In this document: one piece after another, positions 20,492-30,695 of the stretch
Numbering within the stretch: the stretch's first letter is position 1
Layout of the letters: each line of letters begins with the position of its first letter
Source of the DNA: Halodesulfurarchaeum sp.
Lineage (GTDB): Archaea > Halobacteriota > Halobacteria > Halobacteriales > Halobacteriaceae
Length of the DNA: 64,000 nucleotides
Direction: 5' to 3'
Assembly (NCBI GenBank): GCA_034520565.1
Contig: JAXHNL010000002.1
Span: 1,408,001-1,472,000 of the forward strand
Notes under the pieces: model-generated
The model's database searches: none
What the model saw: only the letters and a program-made list of their open reading frames with translations
Told to the model about the DNA's origin: nothing
Position numbers and translations under genes: made by a program

Positions 20492-21134
20492 GCGCACCAA
20501 GCCACGCCTGCGGGAGTCGTCGGCGAGCGCCGGCAAGCGACCGGTCGAGCGCTCGCGTCGCGTTTTCGTGGATGCCCGGGCCGTGGCCCACGAGTATTCG
20601 GTCCGGGTTCAACCCGGCGAGTGCGGTCGGCGGCGCGATTCGAACCATCGGATGGACGCCGATGCGCTCCGGCCCGACCGTGAAGTAGGAGGCATTCCCC
20701 AGCACGTCCGCGGTAACCAGCGTCTCACCGTCGTACAGGGCTGCCTCTCTCCACCGTGGCCAGTTAAGGGTTTGAATGACCTGGACATCCTCGTCTGGCA
20801 GGGTTTCTCCGAGGATTTCGACCGGCGCGTCGAATTTCCGATCCACGTAGTGCGGGCGGAAAACCGGGACGTCGAATCGGTTCGCGAACGCTGCGGCATC
20901 GCGTTCGTGCCGGTCGAGCAATACCACCACGCCCGTGACCTCGCCGAGGGCTTCGATCTCCTCGTCGATCCCACCGGCATCGACCGGGTCGATGATCCAG
21001 ACGCCGTTTCCGAAGTCGATGGCGTGACTGGCCCGTTGCATCGTCTCCTCGGGGTGGGCGATCCAGCCGAAGCCGTCGTCGAATCGATCGACGATCTCGG
21101 GTTCGATCGGGGAGCCGTCGTCCCGGAATGGCAT
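20316..21134 (-). CDS. Hypothetical metallo-beta-lactamase-fold protein (3' end uncertain)
   Basis: QRASHA, IDPVD, LDRHERD, VGHG; last ~55 codons overlap aglJ and look non-coding. Confidence 0.65.
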   Translation of the reverse strand: MPFRDDGSPIEPEIVDRFDDGFGWIAHPEETMQRASHAIDFGNGVWIIDPVDAGGIDEEIEALGEVTGVVVLLDRHERDAAAFANRFDVPVFRPHYVDRKFDAPVEILGETLPDEDVQVIQTLNWPRWREAALYDGETLVTADVLGNASYFTVGPERIGVHPMVRIAPPTALAGLNPDRILVGHGPGIHENATRALDRSLAGARRRLPQAWLGALTSLVSSPRSGRRGPRGARRARRTAEAARGAGSRACPRESRRGSTAPRAIGRASPRRR

Positions 21135-21227
21135 ACCGGTGCTACGGGCCCTGTGCTGTTAATGATTCGTCCAGCGGCGACGGGTCCGATCGTGGTTTCT
21201 TGCAGGGCTGTCGTGGAACGAAGACCG

Positions 21228-21530
21228 CTACAGCCGTTCGGTGTCGATCACGACTCCCGGTGGCCCGACCACGAGAAACCGGCGGAAGTGGGTCAACGTG
21301 CCACCGCCTTCCTTGATGTCGCGGGCGAAGCCGGCAGCCAGCTCGTTGATGTCACCCTCGATGGCGAGGATGAGCACGTTGCCGGCCTCGATTTCGGCGA
21401 TCCACTCGTCGTCGGGCGTCGTCCCGTCGAGGGTACCAAGGACGATTCGTCCGCCAAAGGCGCCTTCCTCGGTCTCCTCGATGTCGAGTTCCTCCTCGGC
21501 GTCGCGGAGGTCGAGGCTGAAATCGCTCAT
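21228..21530 (-). CDS. Conserved haloarchaeal protein (DUF5779-like)
   Basis: MSDFSLDL...LVVGPPGVVIDTERL, acidic 100 aa. Confidence 0.7.
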   Translation of the reverse strand: MSDFSLDLRDAEEELDIEETEEGAFGGRIVLGTLDGTTPDDEWIAEIEAGNVLILAIEGDINELAAGFARDIKEGGGTLTHFRRFLVVGPPGVVIDTERL

Positions 21531-21625
21531 TGGCTTTGAGAAGGCCGCCGGCAGATAAAAACGTTCGTCCGAGGGGCGGTCTCGAGGCCGCCCACGAGGG
21601 AGGCACTGTCCGTCTCGTGGCCGCC

Positions 21626-22336
21626 CTACAGTTCGACGGTCTCGTCGCCTGCCAGAATCTCGACGCTCGCCCCGCTACCAGTCGCTTCGACGGCTGCCGC
21701 GAAGTCGTTCGGATCCTGTTCGATCGGCGGGAACGTGTCGTAGTGCATCGGGAACGCGCGCCTGACGCCGAGCCAATCGACGGCGAGGGCGGCCTGCTCC
21801 GGGCCCATGGTGAAGTGATCCCCGATGGGGACCGCGGCCGCGTCCGGTTCGAGGTGAGCGCCGATCACGTCACGCATTTCGCTCATCAGGGCCGTGTCGC
21901 CGGCGTGGTAGAAGGTCGTGCGCTCGACTGTCTCCGCGTTCGGATCGGTGTCGCCGATCAGGAACCCGGCTGGCATCCCGGCCGAGTTGGCGTAGTCGGT
22001 TTCGATGCCGTTCGTGTGATCGGCCCGGTGCATCGTGACGAAGGCGTCACCGGCTTCGACGGTTCCGCCGAGGTTCATGCCGATGGTGTCCTCGACGCCG
22101 TACTCGTCGCCGACGTAGGCCGCGAGTTCCGGGGTCGCGATGACAGTGCTCCCAGTGAACTGGGGGACGTGTGCGATGTGGTCCGCGTGCCCGTGGGTCA
22201 GCAGGACGAAGTCGGGTTCCGTCACGCCCGCGGGTCCGAGATCGGTTTTCGGGTTGTCGAAGAACGGGTCGATCAGCAGGTTCGTTTCGCCGACGGTCAC
22301 CGCCCAGGTCGAATGGCCGTGCCAGGTGAGTTCCAT
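21626..22336 (-). CDS. Metal-dependent hydrolase (MBL fold, UPF0173-like)
   Basis: WHGHS, LIDPF, THGHADH, YHAGDT, PMHY. Confidence 0.9.
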   Translation of the reverse strand: MELTWHGHSTWAVTVGETNLLIDPFFDNPKTDLGPAGVTEPDFVLLTHGHADHIAHVPQFTGSTVIATPELAAYVGDEYGVEDTIGMNLGGTVEAGDAFVTMHRADHTNGIETDYANSAGMPAGFLIGDTDPNAETVERTTFYHAGDTALMSEMRDVIGAHLEPDAAAVPIGDHFTMGPEQAALAVDWLGVRRAFPMHYDTFPPIEQDPNDFAAAVEATGSGASVEILAGDETVEL

Positions 22337-22426
22337 ACCCTCGTGTTCGAGCAATACGATCAAAAACGTGATGGCGAGGAACTCCCGCTCGCAACCCTTA
22401 GGCCCCGGGGGGTCAAAATCCGGCCC

Positions 22427-23161
22427 ATGCGAACCGTACGCTTTCGGGATCCAGCAGGTGCGACCCGGGTTGGCGAGTGGACGAGTGCAGGCATCGAGTT
22501 CGGCGGCCGGGTGTACGATCCGGGCGACGTCGACGTGCTGCCACCGGCCGAACCGACGAAGATCATTGCGATCGGGCTGAACTACGCCGACCACGCCGCA
22601 GAGCGGGACTCGGAGATTCCCGATCGCCCACTGCTTTTTCTCAAAACGCCGAACGCTGTCGCGGGCCACGGCGACACGATCACGCTCCCGGCCGGAAAGG
22701 AGCGGGTCGACTACGAGGCCGAATTCGGCGTGGTGATCGGCGAGCAGGCCCGAAACGTGGACGAAGCCGACGCCTGGGACGTCGTCAAGGGCTTCACCGC
22801 CGTCAACGACGTCTCTAACCGGGACGACCAGGAGCGAGAACAGAACTGGATCCGCGCGAAGGCCTTCGACGGAGCCGCCCCGATGGGACCGGTCGTCGCC
22901 GCCCCCGGGGACGTCCCCGCGGACGCGACGATCGAACTGCGAGTGAACGGGGAGGTCAAACAACACTCCTCCCGGGCCGAGTTCATCTTCTCCGTCCCCG
23001 AACTGATCGCCGAGATCACGGCCCTCATGACCCTCGAACCGGGCGACGTCATCAGCACGGGGACGCCGGCAGGCGTCGGCCCGCTCGAGGACGGGGACAC
23101 CGTCGAAATCGAGATCGAGGGCGTCGGCACCCTCGAACACGACGTCGAACGGGTCGAGTGA
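22427..23161 (+). CDS. Fumarylacetoacetate hydrolase family protein
   Basis: [27 protein letters not shown]. Confidence 0.92.
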   Translation: MRTVRFRDPAGATRVGEWTSAGIEFGGRVYDPGDVDVLPPAEPTKIIAIGLNYADHAAERDSEIPDRPLLFLKTPNAVAGHGDTITLPAGKERVDYEAEFGVVIGEQARNVDEADAWDVVKGFTAVNDVSNRDDQEREQNWIRAKAFDGAAPMGPVVAAPGDVPADATIELRVNGEVKQHSSRAEFIFSVPELIAEITALMTLEPGDVISTGTPAGVGPLEDGDTVEIEIEGVGTLEHDVERVE

Positions 23162-23210
23162 CTGTCGCGCGGTGACCACGCTTAAGCCGCGGCCCCGTTT
23201 TCCTTCTCTC

Positions 23211-24283
23211 ATGCACCCACGGGACCTCTCCGCGAACCCGGAGTACGTCGCCGGCAAGGGCATCGAGGAGGTCGTCCGCGAACTGGGGATGGACCCCGCG
23301 GAGCTCGTGAAACTCGCGTCGAACGAGAATCCGCTCGGACCGAGTCCGAAGGCCGTCACGGCCATTCGCGAGACGGCCCCGGACGTCCATCACTACCCGA
23401 AGTCGGTCCACACGGACCTCACCGACGCGATCGCCGCAAAGTGGGACGTCGAACCCGCACAGATCTGGCTCTCGCCCGGTGGGGACGGGGCACTGGACTT
23501 TCTCGCGCGGGCGATGCTCGATCCCGGTGACGGCGTCCTCGTTCCGGAGCCGGGATTCGCCTACTACGAGATGTCCGCGCGCTTTCACCACGGGACGGTG
23601 GCGCCGTACCGGATCGAGGCGGGGAACGGGTTCGCCCTCGAACCGGAAACGGTCCTCGGGAGCTACGACGGCGAGCGGATCGTCCATCTCACGAGTCCCC
23701 ACAACCCGACCGGCCACCGCTTCACCCTCGACGCGATTCGGGAGATCAGCGATCGAACCGACGAGGAGACCCTGCTGATCGTCGACGAAGCGTACGGCGA
23801 GTTCTCCGACGGGGAGAGCGCAGGGACCCTCTTCGACGAGCGGGAGGACATCGCCGTCCTCCGGACCTTCTCGAAGGCCTACGGGCTGGCCGGACTTCGG
23901 CTCGGCTACGCCATCGTGCCCGATTCCTGGGCGGATGCGTACGCGCGAGTCAACACCCCCTTTTCCGTCAGTTCGATCGCCTGTCGAGCGGGGCTGGCCG
24001 CCCTCGAGGATGAGGCCCACGTCGAAGCAACCGTCGAGACCGTCGAGGAATCCCGCGAGCACCTGGAGTCCGCAATCGACGCGCCGGTTCTCGCGAGCCA
24101 CGGCAATTTCGTCATGGTCGAGGTTGGGGATGGGACGGCCGTCGCGGACGCCATGCGTGAACGAGGGGTCATCATCCGGGATCTGTCGAGTTTTGGCCTC
24201 CCGAGTACGTCCGGATCACCGCCGGGACCGAATCGGAGACGGAACGGGCGGTTCGGGAACTCAACGAGGTGCTCGCGACGTGA
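23211..24283 (+). CDS. hisC: Histidinol-phosphate aminotransferase (indel near 24200)
   Basis: [36 protein letters not shown]; shifted frame gives EYVRITAGT to TGA 24283. Confidence 0.9.
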
Positions 24284-24786
24284 AAGTGGCCGTCACTGGA
24301 ACGCCGGGGACGGGGAAAACGACCGCGACCGAACGGCTCGATACCGTCCTCGACGTCGTTCACCTGAACGAGGTCATCCGCGATGAAGGGCTCTACACGG
24401 AGCGAGACGAGGAGCGGGATACCGTGGTCGCCGACCTCGAGGCCGTCGGGGAGTATCTCGTGGGGATGGACCACGTCGTGATCGAATCACATCTCTCACA
24501 TCACCTCGACGTGGACCGGGTGATCGTCCTTCGCTGTCGTCCCGAGACCATCGAATCACGCCTTCTCGATCGAGGCGAATCCGCCGAATCGGCCCGCGAG
24601 AACGCCGAAAGCGAAGCCCTCGACGTGATCCTCACCGAAGCAGTCGAAGCCAACGGTCGGGACGCGGTGTTCGAAATCGAGACGACCGACCAGTCCCCCG
24701 ACGAAACGGCCCGGGCGATCGAATCGGCGATCGCGGGCGATCGCGAACCGAGTGCAGGGAGCGTCGATTTCACTGACTACCTATGA
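24280..24786 (+). CDS. Adenylate kinase, AK6/Fap7 type
   Basis: GTG start; TGTPGTGKT, IESH, ENAESE. Confidence 0.88.
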   Translation: MKVAVTGTPGTGKTTATERLDTVLDVVHLNEVIRDEGLYTERDEERDTVVADLEAVGEYLVGMDHVVIESHLSHHLDVDRVIVLRCRPETIESRLLDRGESAESARENAESEALDVILTEAVEANGRDAVFEIETTDQSPDETARAIESAIAGDREPSAGSVDFTDYL

Positions 24787-25382
24787 CACTCGATAGACTG
24801 AGACCGATTGCGAACCTGTTCCTCGATCCCTTCGTCGGCACCGCCAAGCGCATCGGGCTGACTCCGGACGTCGTTTCGCTCGTGGCGTTTACGGTGGCCA
24901 TCGCGGCCGGAATCTCGTTTTTCCAGGCCAGGCCGGCGTGGTATCTCGCCGGGGCGATCTTCGTCGTCATGAACGGCTGGCTCGACCTCCTGGATGGCGC
25001 GCTGGCCCGCGAGATGAATATCGATTCCCGGGCCGGCGATCTTCTCGATCACGTGCTCGACCGGTACGCCGACCTCGTGATCGTCGCGGGTCTGGCCGGT
25101 GGTATCGGGCGATACGGACTCGGATTTGCCGCCGTGACAGGGGTCCTCCTCACCTCCTACATGGGGACACAGATCGAGGCCGTGGGCCTCGAACGGGAGT
25201 ACGGCGGGCTCGTGGGTCGGGCAGACCGACTCGCCGGGATCGGGATCGTCGCGGTCGTCGTGACGGTGGTGCCCGAGGTCGCTGGCGTCTCGCTCGTGGC
25301 GATCCTGTTGGGGGCCCTTGCGGTCGTCGGTCACGTCACCGCCCTCCAGCGCTTTTACGGGGCCTGGACCGCACTTCGGTGA
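24783..25382 (+). CDS. CDP-alcohol phosphatidyltransferase
   Basis: DLLDGALAR...GDLLDHVLDRYAD signature. Confidence 0.93.
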   Translation: MTLDRLRPIANLFLDPFVGTAKRIGLTPDVVSLVAFTVAIAAGISFFQARPAWYLAGAIFVVMNGWLDLLDGALAREMNIDSRAGDLLDHVLDRYADLVIVAGLAGGIGRYGLGFAAVTGVLLTSYMGTQIEAVGLEREYGGLVGRADRLAGIGIVAVVVTVVPEVAGVSLVAILLGALAVVGHVTALQRFYGAWTALR

Positions 25383-25425
25383 GCCGGTCGTACCATTTAA
25401 GGCCGGTGACAGGGAATACTCGCCC

Positions 25426-25950
25426 ATGGTTCAGTGTGAGATGTGCGGCGCCGAGACTCCCGCTCCGAACACGGTCAAGATCGAGGGCGCCGAGTTGCAG
25501 GTCTGTGATGACTGTGCCGAGTTCGGCACCGAAGTCAAGACCCAGAAGACCACGAGCACCTCGAGTAAGTATTCGACCAAATCGAGCGGGTCGAGTTCCT
25601 CGACTGGGTCGGCGACCACCGGCGGCAGTGGCGGCTCGAGCGGCCGACGTCGCGACCTCTACGACGAGATGGAGGAACTCGCGGAGGACTACGACGACCG
25701 GATTCGCAACGCACGGGAAAGCCGGGATCTCACCCAGGAGGAACTCGCCAACCAGATCAACGAGAAGGTGAGTCTCATCCGGAAACTCGAACACGGGGAC
25801 ATGCTTCCAAGCGACGAGGTGCAGTCGAAACTCGAAGGCCACTTCGGCATTTCGCTGACGGCCGCTGCCGAGACGAGCGAGGAGGAGTGGGACTCAGGCG
25901 GGAGCGATTCGGGATTGACCCTCGGGGACATGGTCGAGCGGAAGGACTGA
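25426..25950 (+). CDS. mbf1: Archaeal multiprotein bridging factor 1
   Basis: CEMCG/CDDC zinc ribbon plus HTH ([13 protein letters not shown]). Confidence 0.9.
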   Translation: MVQCEMCGAETPAPNTVKIEGAELQVCDDCAEFGTEVKTQKTTSTSSKYSTKSSGSSSSTGSATTGGSGGSSGRRRDLYDEMEELAEDYDDRIRNARESRDLTQEELANQINEKVSLIRKLEHGDMLPSDEVQSKLEGHFGISLTAAAETSEEEWDSGGSDSGLTLGDMVERKD

Positions 25951-26006
25951 CCGACCCGACACCGACAACCAGCAATCTTTTTCGCCGTCCGCCCAGTTTC
26001 GCCGGT

Positions 26007-26648
26007 ATGTTCGTCCTCGTCAATTTGAAAGCATACGCCGTCGACCCGGTCGAGATTGCCACCGCCGCGGCTGCCGTTGACGACGCGAGCGAGACCGACA
26101 TCGCCGTGGCGCCGCAGGCCGCAGACCTCGCTTCAGTCGCCGAGACCGGTGTCGGGACCTGGGCCCAACATACGAGCCCGGTCGAACCGGGGAGTCACAC
26201 CGGCCAGCCCCTCGCGGAGGGTCTGTCCCGAAACGGCGCGACCGGGACCCTGATCAACCACTCCGAGCGACGACTCACGCTCGCGGAAATCGACGCGGCC
26301 ATCGAAAGCGCGGATCGGGCCGGCCTCGAAACGATCGTCTGTGCGAACAATCCGGACCAGATCGCCGCCGTGAGTGCGCTCGGCCCGGACGCCGTCGCCG
26401 TGGAACCGCCGGAACTCATCGGGACCGGCACCCCTGTCAGCCAGGCCGACCCGTCGATCGTCTCCGAGGCCGTCGAGGCCGCCGCGGCCGTGAATCCCTC
26501 CGTCGACGTGTACTGTGGGGCCGGGATCAGTACGGCCGAAGACGTCGCAGCGGCCGCGGACCTGGGTGCAGATGGGGTGTTGCTCGCGAGTGGCGTCGCG
26601 AAGGCGGACGATCCGGCCGCCGCGCTCGAGGGCCTCGTTTCGGAGTAA
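26007..26648 (+). CDS. tpiA: Triosephosphate isomerase
   Basis: [30 protein letters not shown]. Confidence 0.96.
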   Translation: MFVLVNLKAYAVDPVEIATAAAAVDDASETDIAVAPQAADLASVAETGVGTWAQHTSPVEPGSHTGQPLAEGLSRNGATGTLINHSERRLTLAEIDAAIESADRAGLETIVCANNPDQIAAVSALGPDAVAVEPPELIGTGTPVSQADPSIVSEAVEAAAAVNPSVDVYCGAGISTAEDVAAAADLGADGVLLASGVAKADDPAAALEGLVSE

Positions 26649-26652
26649 CTTC

Positions 26653-27888
26653 TCAGCCCTCCTCGCCGAAGGTGTCGAAACGTGCCTGCCCCCTGATCTC
26701 TGATTCGCGATTCGGATCGTCCATGTCGGCAGAGGCGTCGGACCAGTCACCGAGTCCGGCCTGCTCGTTGTCGGCAAAGCTCAGGTTCGACACGCGGACG
26801 CCCAGTTTGCGCACCCGGCCGCCCGCGAATTCGTCGAAGAGGGACTGGGCCGTCTCCCGAACGAGTTCCGGATCGTCCACGGGGCCACTGAGCGAGCGCT
26901 CGCGCGTGTTCAGCTCGTAGGGCGGCTGGATGACTTTGATACCGATGGTCCGGTAGAGGGCCCCCTTGTCGGTGGCTCTGGAGGCGACCGCACGGGCCAG
27001 CGCGTCGATCTGCTCCCGCGCCCCTTCGGGATCCGAAATCGGATCGCCGAAGGAACTCTCCCGCGAAAGACTCTTCGGCCTGCCGCGCGATTCGACCTCG
27101 CGCTCGTCGATCCCCCGGGCGCGGAAGTGGAGGTCTCGCCCGCGCTCGCCGAAGCGGTCGGTGATGTCCTCGAGGTCGGCCTCGGCGAGATTGCCGATGG
27201 TGTCGATTCCGAGGTCGTGGAACGTCGCGGCGCTTTTCGGGCCGACGCCGTGCAGGTCCTCGATGGGAAGCGGGTCGAGGAAGTCCCGAAGATTTTCGGG
27301 TGGGATGACAGTCAGGCCGTCCGGTTTGTCGTGATCCGAGGCGATCTTCGCCGCGCTCATGTTCGGCGCGACGCCGACGCTTGCCGGGACGCCCACCTCT
27401 CGCTCGATGCGCTGTTTGACGTGGCGGCCGAATCCCTCCGCGACCTCCCAGGCGGTCCGCTCGGTCACGTCGAGGTAGGCCTCGTCGATGCTCACTTCTC
27501 TGACGGTTTCGGCCAGTTCGGACAGGATCGATTTCACGTCGCTCGCGACGGACTTGTAGTAGTCGTGATCGACCGAGCGGTAGTAGCCGACAGGCTCCTC
27601 GCTCGCTTCGGTTTCCCCGGGTGGGTGATCTGCTCGCGGGAGTCGATCGAGGGCCTCGGAGATCGGTTGGGCGCTCTGGACCCCGTACTCCCGGGCTTCG
27701 TAACTGGCGGTGGCGACCGCGCCGATGTTCTCACCCGGCTTGTAGCCCATTCCGACGACGACCGGCTCGCCCTCGAGTTCGGGCTCGCGAAGCCGCTCGC
27801 AGGACGCATAGAAGCAGTCCATGTCCACGTGAAGCACGATGGCCGGATCGGACTCGGTTGCACCCGGAAGCCGGCCCTCGCGTGGCAT
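26653..27888 (-). CDS. dinB: Y-family DNA polymerase IV
   Basis: HVDMDCFYAS, SYEAR, SIDEAYLD, KPDG. Confidence 0.95.
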   Translation of the reverse strand: MPREGRLPGATESDPAIVLHVDMDCFYASCERLREPELEGEPVVVGMGYKPGENIGAVATASYEAREYGVQSAQPISEALDRLPRADHPPGETEASEEPVGYYRSVDHDYYKSVASDVKSILSELAETVREVSIDEAYLDVTERTAWEVAEGFGRHVKQRIEREVGVPASVGVAPNMSAAKIASDHDKPDGLTVIPPENLRDFLDPLPIEDLHGVGPKSAATFHDLGIDTIGNLAEADLEDITDRFGERGRDLHFRARGIDEREVESRGRPKSLSRESSFGDPISDPEGAREQIDALARAVASRATDKGALYRTIGIKVIQPPYELNTRERSLSGPVDDPELVRETAQSLFDEFAGGRVRKLGVRVSNLSFADNEQAGLGDWSDASADMDDPNRESEIRGQARFDTFGEEG

Positions 27889-27967
27889 AGGTCATCCTCG
27901 GACCTGCGAGCATTTAACGAGTGCCCACGGCGGCCGATTCGGTTGACTGCCGAACGGAACCGACCGT

Positions 27968-28726
27968 TCAGACGCCTTCGATCTGTGTGCCCTTCTCTCG
28001 ACACGTTTCGAGGCCGTGTTTTGCGGCCATACCGGCGTCGTGGGCCGTCGTTCCGGATCCCACGCCGACCTGGAGGGTCACGTCGGCGGTCGCCTCGACG
28101 TGCTCGATGACGTCGCGGTAGTCCGCTTCGTCGAGATCCGGGCAGATCGCGATGACGTTGTCGCCACCCACGAAAAAGGAGAGGCCGCCGTACTCGTCGT
28201 GGAGGTGCTGCATGAGGGCGAAATAGCCGTGTTCGATGTGGATGAAGGTGGAGAAGGCGTCGAGTTCGTCGGTGTACTTCCCGGTCGCGTCGATCACGTC
28301 GAAGTGGGCGATGTGCACGTCCTCGTCGGTCCGTTCGTCACTCGAGATCGTGCTGCCGAGGAGTTCTTCGGTTCGATCCCGGTCCTGGGCACTCCCGCGG
28401 TCTTGCAGCCGGGCGGTGGCCTCGACGAGCGCTTCGCTCGGCGTCGGACCGTGCCCGATCGCCATGCTGATGGTGACCGGATAGCGGTTGCCGATCGATT
28501 CTTGGACCCGGGCGTGATCCGAGACGTCCATCCCGTTCGTCACGGCGATCATGTTGTCAAAGCGGGTGAAGAACGCGTACCCGCCGTGTTCCCCGAACTT
28601 CTGGGAGAGGTCGGCGAAGAGTCGCGACTGGAGGGTCTGGAGGTCGACCTCGCGACGAGGGGAGGGGGTGACCGTCCACGGGCCGTAGTTGTCGATCTGG
28701 ATGAGGGTGACCTGCGTGTTCGTCAC
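27968..28726 (-). CDS. gch3: GTP cyclohydrolase III
   Basis: IQIDNYGPWT, RFDN, FVGGDN. Confidence 0.92.
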   Translation of the reverse strand: MTNTQVTLIQIDNYGPWTVTPSPRREVDLQTLQSRLFADLSQKFGEHGGYAFFTRFDNMIAVTNGMDVSDHARVQESIGNRYPVTISMAIGHGPTPSEALVEATARLQDRGSAQDRDRTEELLGSTISSDERTDEDVHIAHFDVIDATGKYTDELDAFSTFIHIEHGYFALMQHLHDEYGGLSFFVGGDNVIAICPDLDEADYRDVIEHVEATADVTLQVGVGSGTTAHDAGMAAKHGLETCREKGTQIEGV

Positions 28727-28923
28727 GGTGAGTCGTCCTTTTCGCCGTTTGACTTAACCGTTTACGGTCCACCGCGAGCCCCTCCAAACCCGTCAGGTGC
28801 CACGAGGTGAACTGGCCCTCGTTCCGTATCGTCTGAGTTGGGACTGCTGTTAACGCGCGAGCGGGTCGTATCGGCCAGCACGCTTCGGCGGAACCTTATA
28901 GCGGAGAGAGCAAAACTGTCGAT

Positions 28924-29391
28924 ATGGAGCCGATCGGAACGATCCACTCGCCATACACCGATGAGTCCGGGATGCCGATTCAGGGGGCGTTTTCGGACGC
29001 GAGGGGCGTCGTCGAACTCGATCCGGAATTCGAAGCGGGCCTGCTCGACGTCGACGGGTTCTCCCACGTGATCCTGCTCTACGAGTTTCACAACGCGGAC
29101 GGCTACGACCTCCAGCCCCGGCCGTTCATGGAGGACGAGGTCCACGGCGTCTTTGCCACCCGGGCTCCCCGGCGCCCAAATCCGATCGGGCTGTCCGTCG
29201 TCGAACTGGAGAAGGTCTCCGGGAATTCGCTTTTCGTCTCCGGGATCGACGTCCTCGACGGGACGCCGTTGCTCGACGTCAAACCCTTCGTGCCGGCCTT
29301 TAACGGCGTCGAGGAGGCAAGAATCGGATGGCTCGAAGACGCGATCGAAAACGAGGAGCGTCGGGAGGCGGACGATCGATTCCTCGACTGA
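28924..29391 (+). CDS. tsaA: TrmO/TsaA-like tRNA methyltransferase
   Basis: PIGTIHSPY, GVFATRAPRRPNPIGLS, DGTPLLDVKP. Confidence 0.9.
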   Translation: MEPIGTIHSPYTDESGMPIQGAFSDARGVVELDPEFEAGLLDVDGFSHVILLYEFHNADGYDLQPRPFMEDEVHGVFATRAPRRPNPIGLSVVELEKVSGNSLFVSGIDVLDGTPLLDVKPFVPAFNGVEEARIGWLEDAIENEERREADDRFLD

Positions 29392-29474
29392 TTCGTGTCG
29401 GTTCGGGCCTGTAACCCTGGCACCGGATTCGGAGAGACGCGGGTTTTTGGTTCCGGCTGTCCTGTGACTCGAAC

Positions 29475-30695
29475 ATGGGAGACGCCGAGTCTGTAAGAGG
29501 GTCCGGGTTCGTCGAGCGAACCCGGGTCGATGAGGCACGCGAGATCCTCCGGGCGGAGACGCCGGTCGCGGGGACCGAAACGGTCCCGCTCGAGGCGGCG
29601 GACGGTCGGGTGCTCGCCGAAACGGTCACCTCGCCGCGGAACGTTCCGGACTTCCCGCGAGCGGCGATGGACGGCTACGCGGTCCGGGCCGAGGACACCT
29701 TCGGAGCGGCGGACCGATCACCCGCCGCCCTTTCGGTTCACGGGGAGGATCCCGGCACCGAACAGGCGACCTGGGTTCACACGGGCAGTCCGGTCCCGGA
29801 GCCGGCTGACGCCGTCGTGAAAACCGAACACGCCACGGAGGTCGGCGAGATGGTGGAGATCACGACGGCCGTCGCCGTCGGACAGAACGTGAGTGACGTG
29901 GGCGAGGACCTCGAAGCGGGTCAGCACCTCTTCGATCCCGGTCACCGGCTCCGCCCCTCGGATCTCGCACTGCTCCGGTCCGTGGAGATCGAATCGGTGA
30001 CCGTGCGAAATCAACCCGCAGTCGCCGTGATTCCCACGGGGGAGGAACTCGTCGAGTCGGATCCCGACCCCGGCGAGGCAATCGAAACGAACGGGATCAT
30101 GGTCGCCTCGCTCGTCGAGCGCTGGGGCGGCGAGGCGGCCCACCGGGAGGTCGTCACCGACGACTGGGACGCCCTCGCCGACGCGATCGAATCGGACCTC
30201 GACGCCGACCTGATCGTGACGACCGGTGGCTCCTCCATCGGCAAGCGAGACCTCCTTCCGGCTGTGGTGGAGGAGCTGGGCGAGTTGCTCGTTCACGGTG
30301 TCGGGCTCAAGCCGGGTCACCCAGTGGCACTCGGGCAGGTCGAGGGGACGCCGGTGCTCATGCTTCCGGGGTACCCGGTCGCCTGTATCGTCAACGCCTG
30401 GCAGTTCGTCAGGCCGGCGCTCAACTGGGCGGCTGGAACCACGCCCGACGAACCGGCACGGGTGCAGGCCCGTCTGGATCGGAAAATCCGGAGCGAACCC
30501 GGCATCAGGAGTTGTGTCCGGGTCAGGACCGAATCCGGCGATGACGACGTGACGGCCTCGCCGGTGCACGAGAGCGGGGCGAGCATTCTCTCGAGTGTCT
30601 CGCTCGCGGACGGGTGGGTGCAGGTCCCCGAATCGATCGAGGGGTACGACGCTGATGCTGTCGTGACCGTCGAGTTCTGGGAGGCGATGCCATGA
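29475..30695 (+). CDS. moeA: Molybdopterin molybdenumtransferase MoeA
   Basis: GRVLAE, AMDGYAV, TGGSS, KPG, LPGYP. Confidence 0.93.
   Translation: MGDAESVRGSGFVERTRVDEAREILRAETPVAGTETVPLEAADGRVLAETVTSPRNVPDFPRAAMDGYAVRAEDTFGAADRSPAALSVHGEDPGTEQATWVHTGSPVPEPADAVVKTEHATEVGEMVEITTAVAVGQNVSDVGEDLEAGQHLFDPGHRLRPSDLALLRSVEIESVTVRNQPAVAVIPTGEELVESDPDPGEAIETNGIMVASLVERWGGEAAHREVVTDDWDALADAIESDLDADLIVTTGGSSIGKRDLLPAVVEELGELLVHGVGLKPGHPVALGQVEGTPVLMLPGYPVACIVNAWQFVRPALNWAAGTTPDEPARVQARLDRKIRSEPGIRSCVRVRTESGDDDVTASPVHESGASILSSVSLADGWVQVPESIEGYDADAVVTVEFWEAMP

Noticed and set aside
21530-23365. Long 543-aa and 579-aa ORFs suggesting fusions
   Set aside because: N-terminal extensions are antisense read-through of the divergent neighbour; real starts are 22336 and 22427
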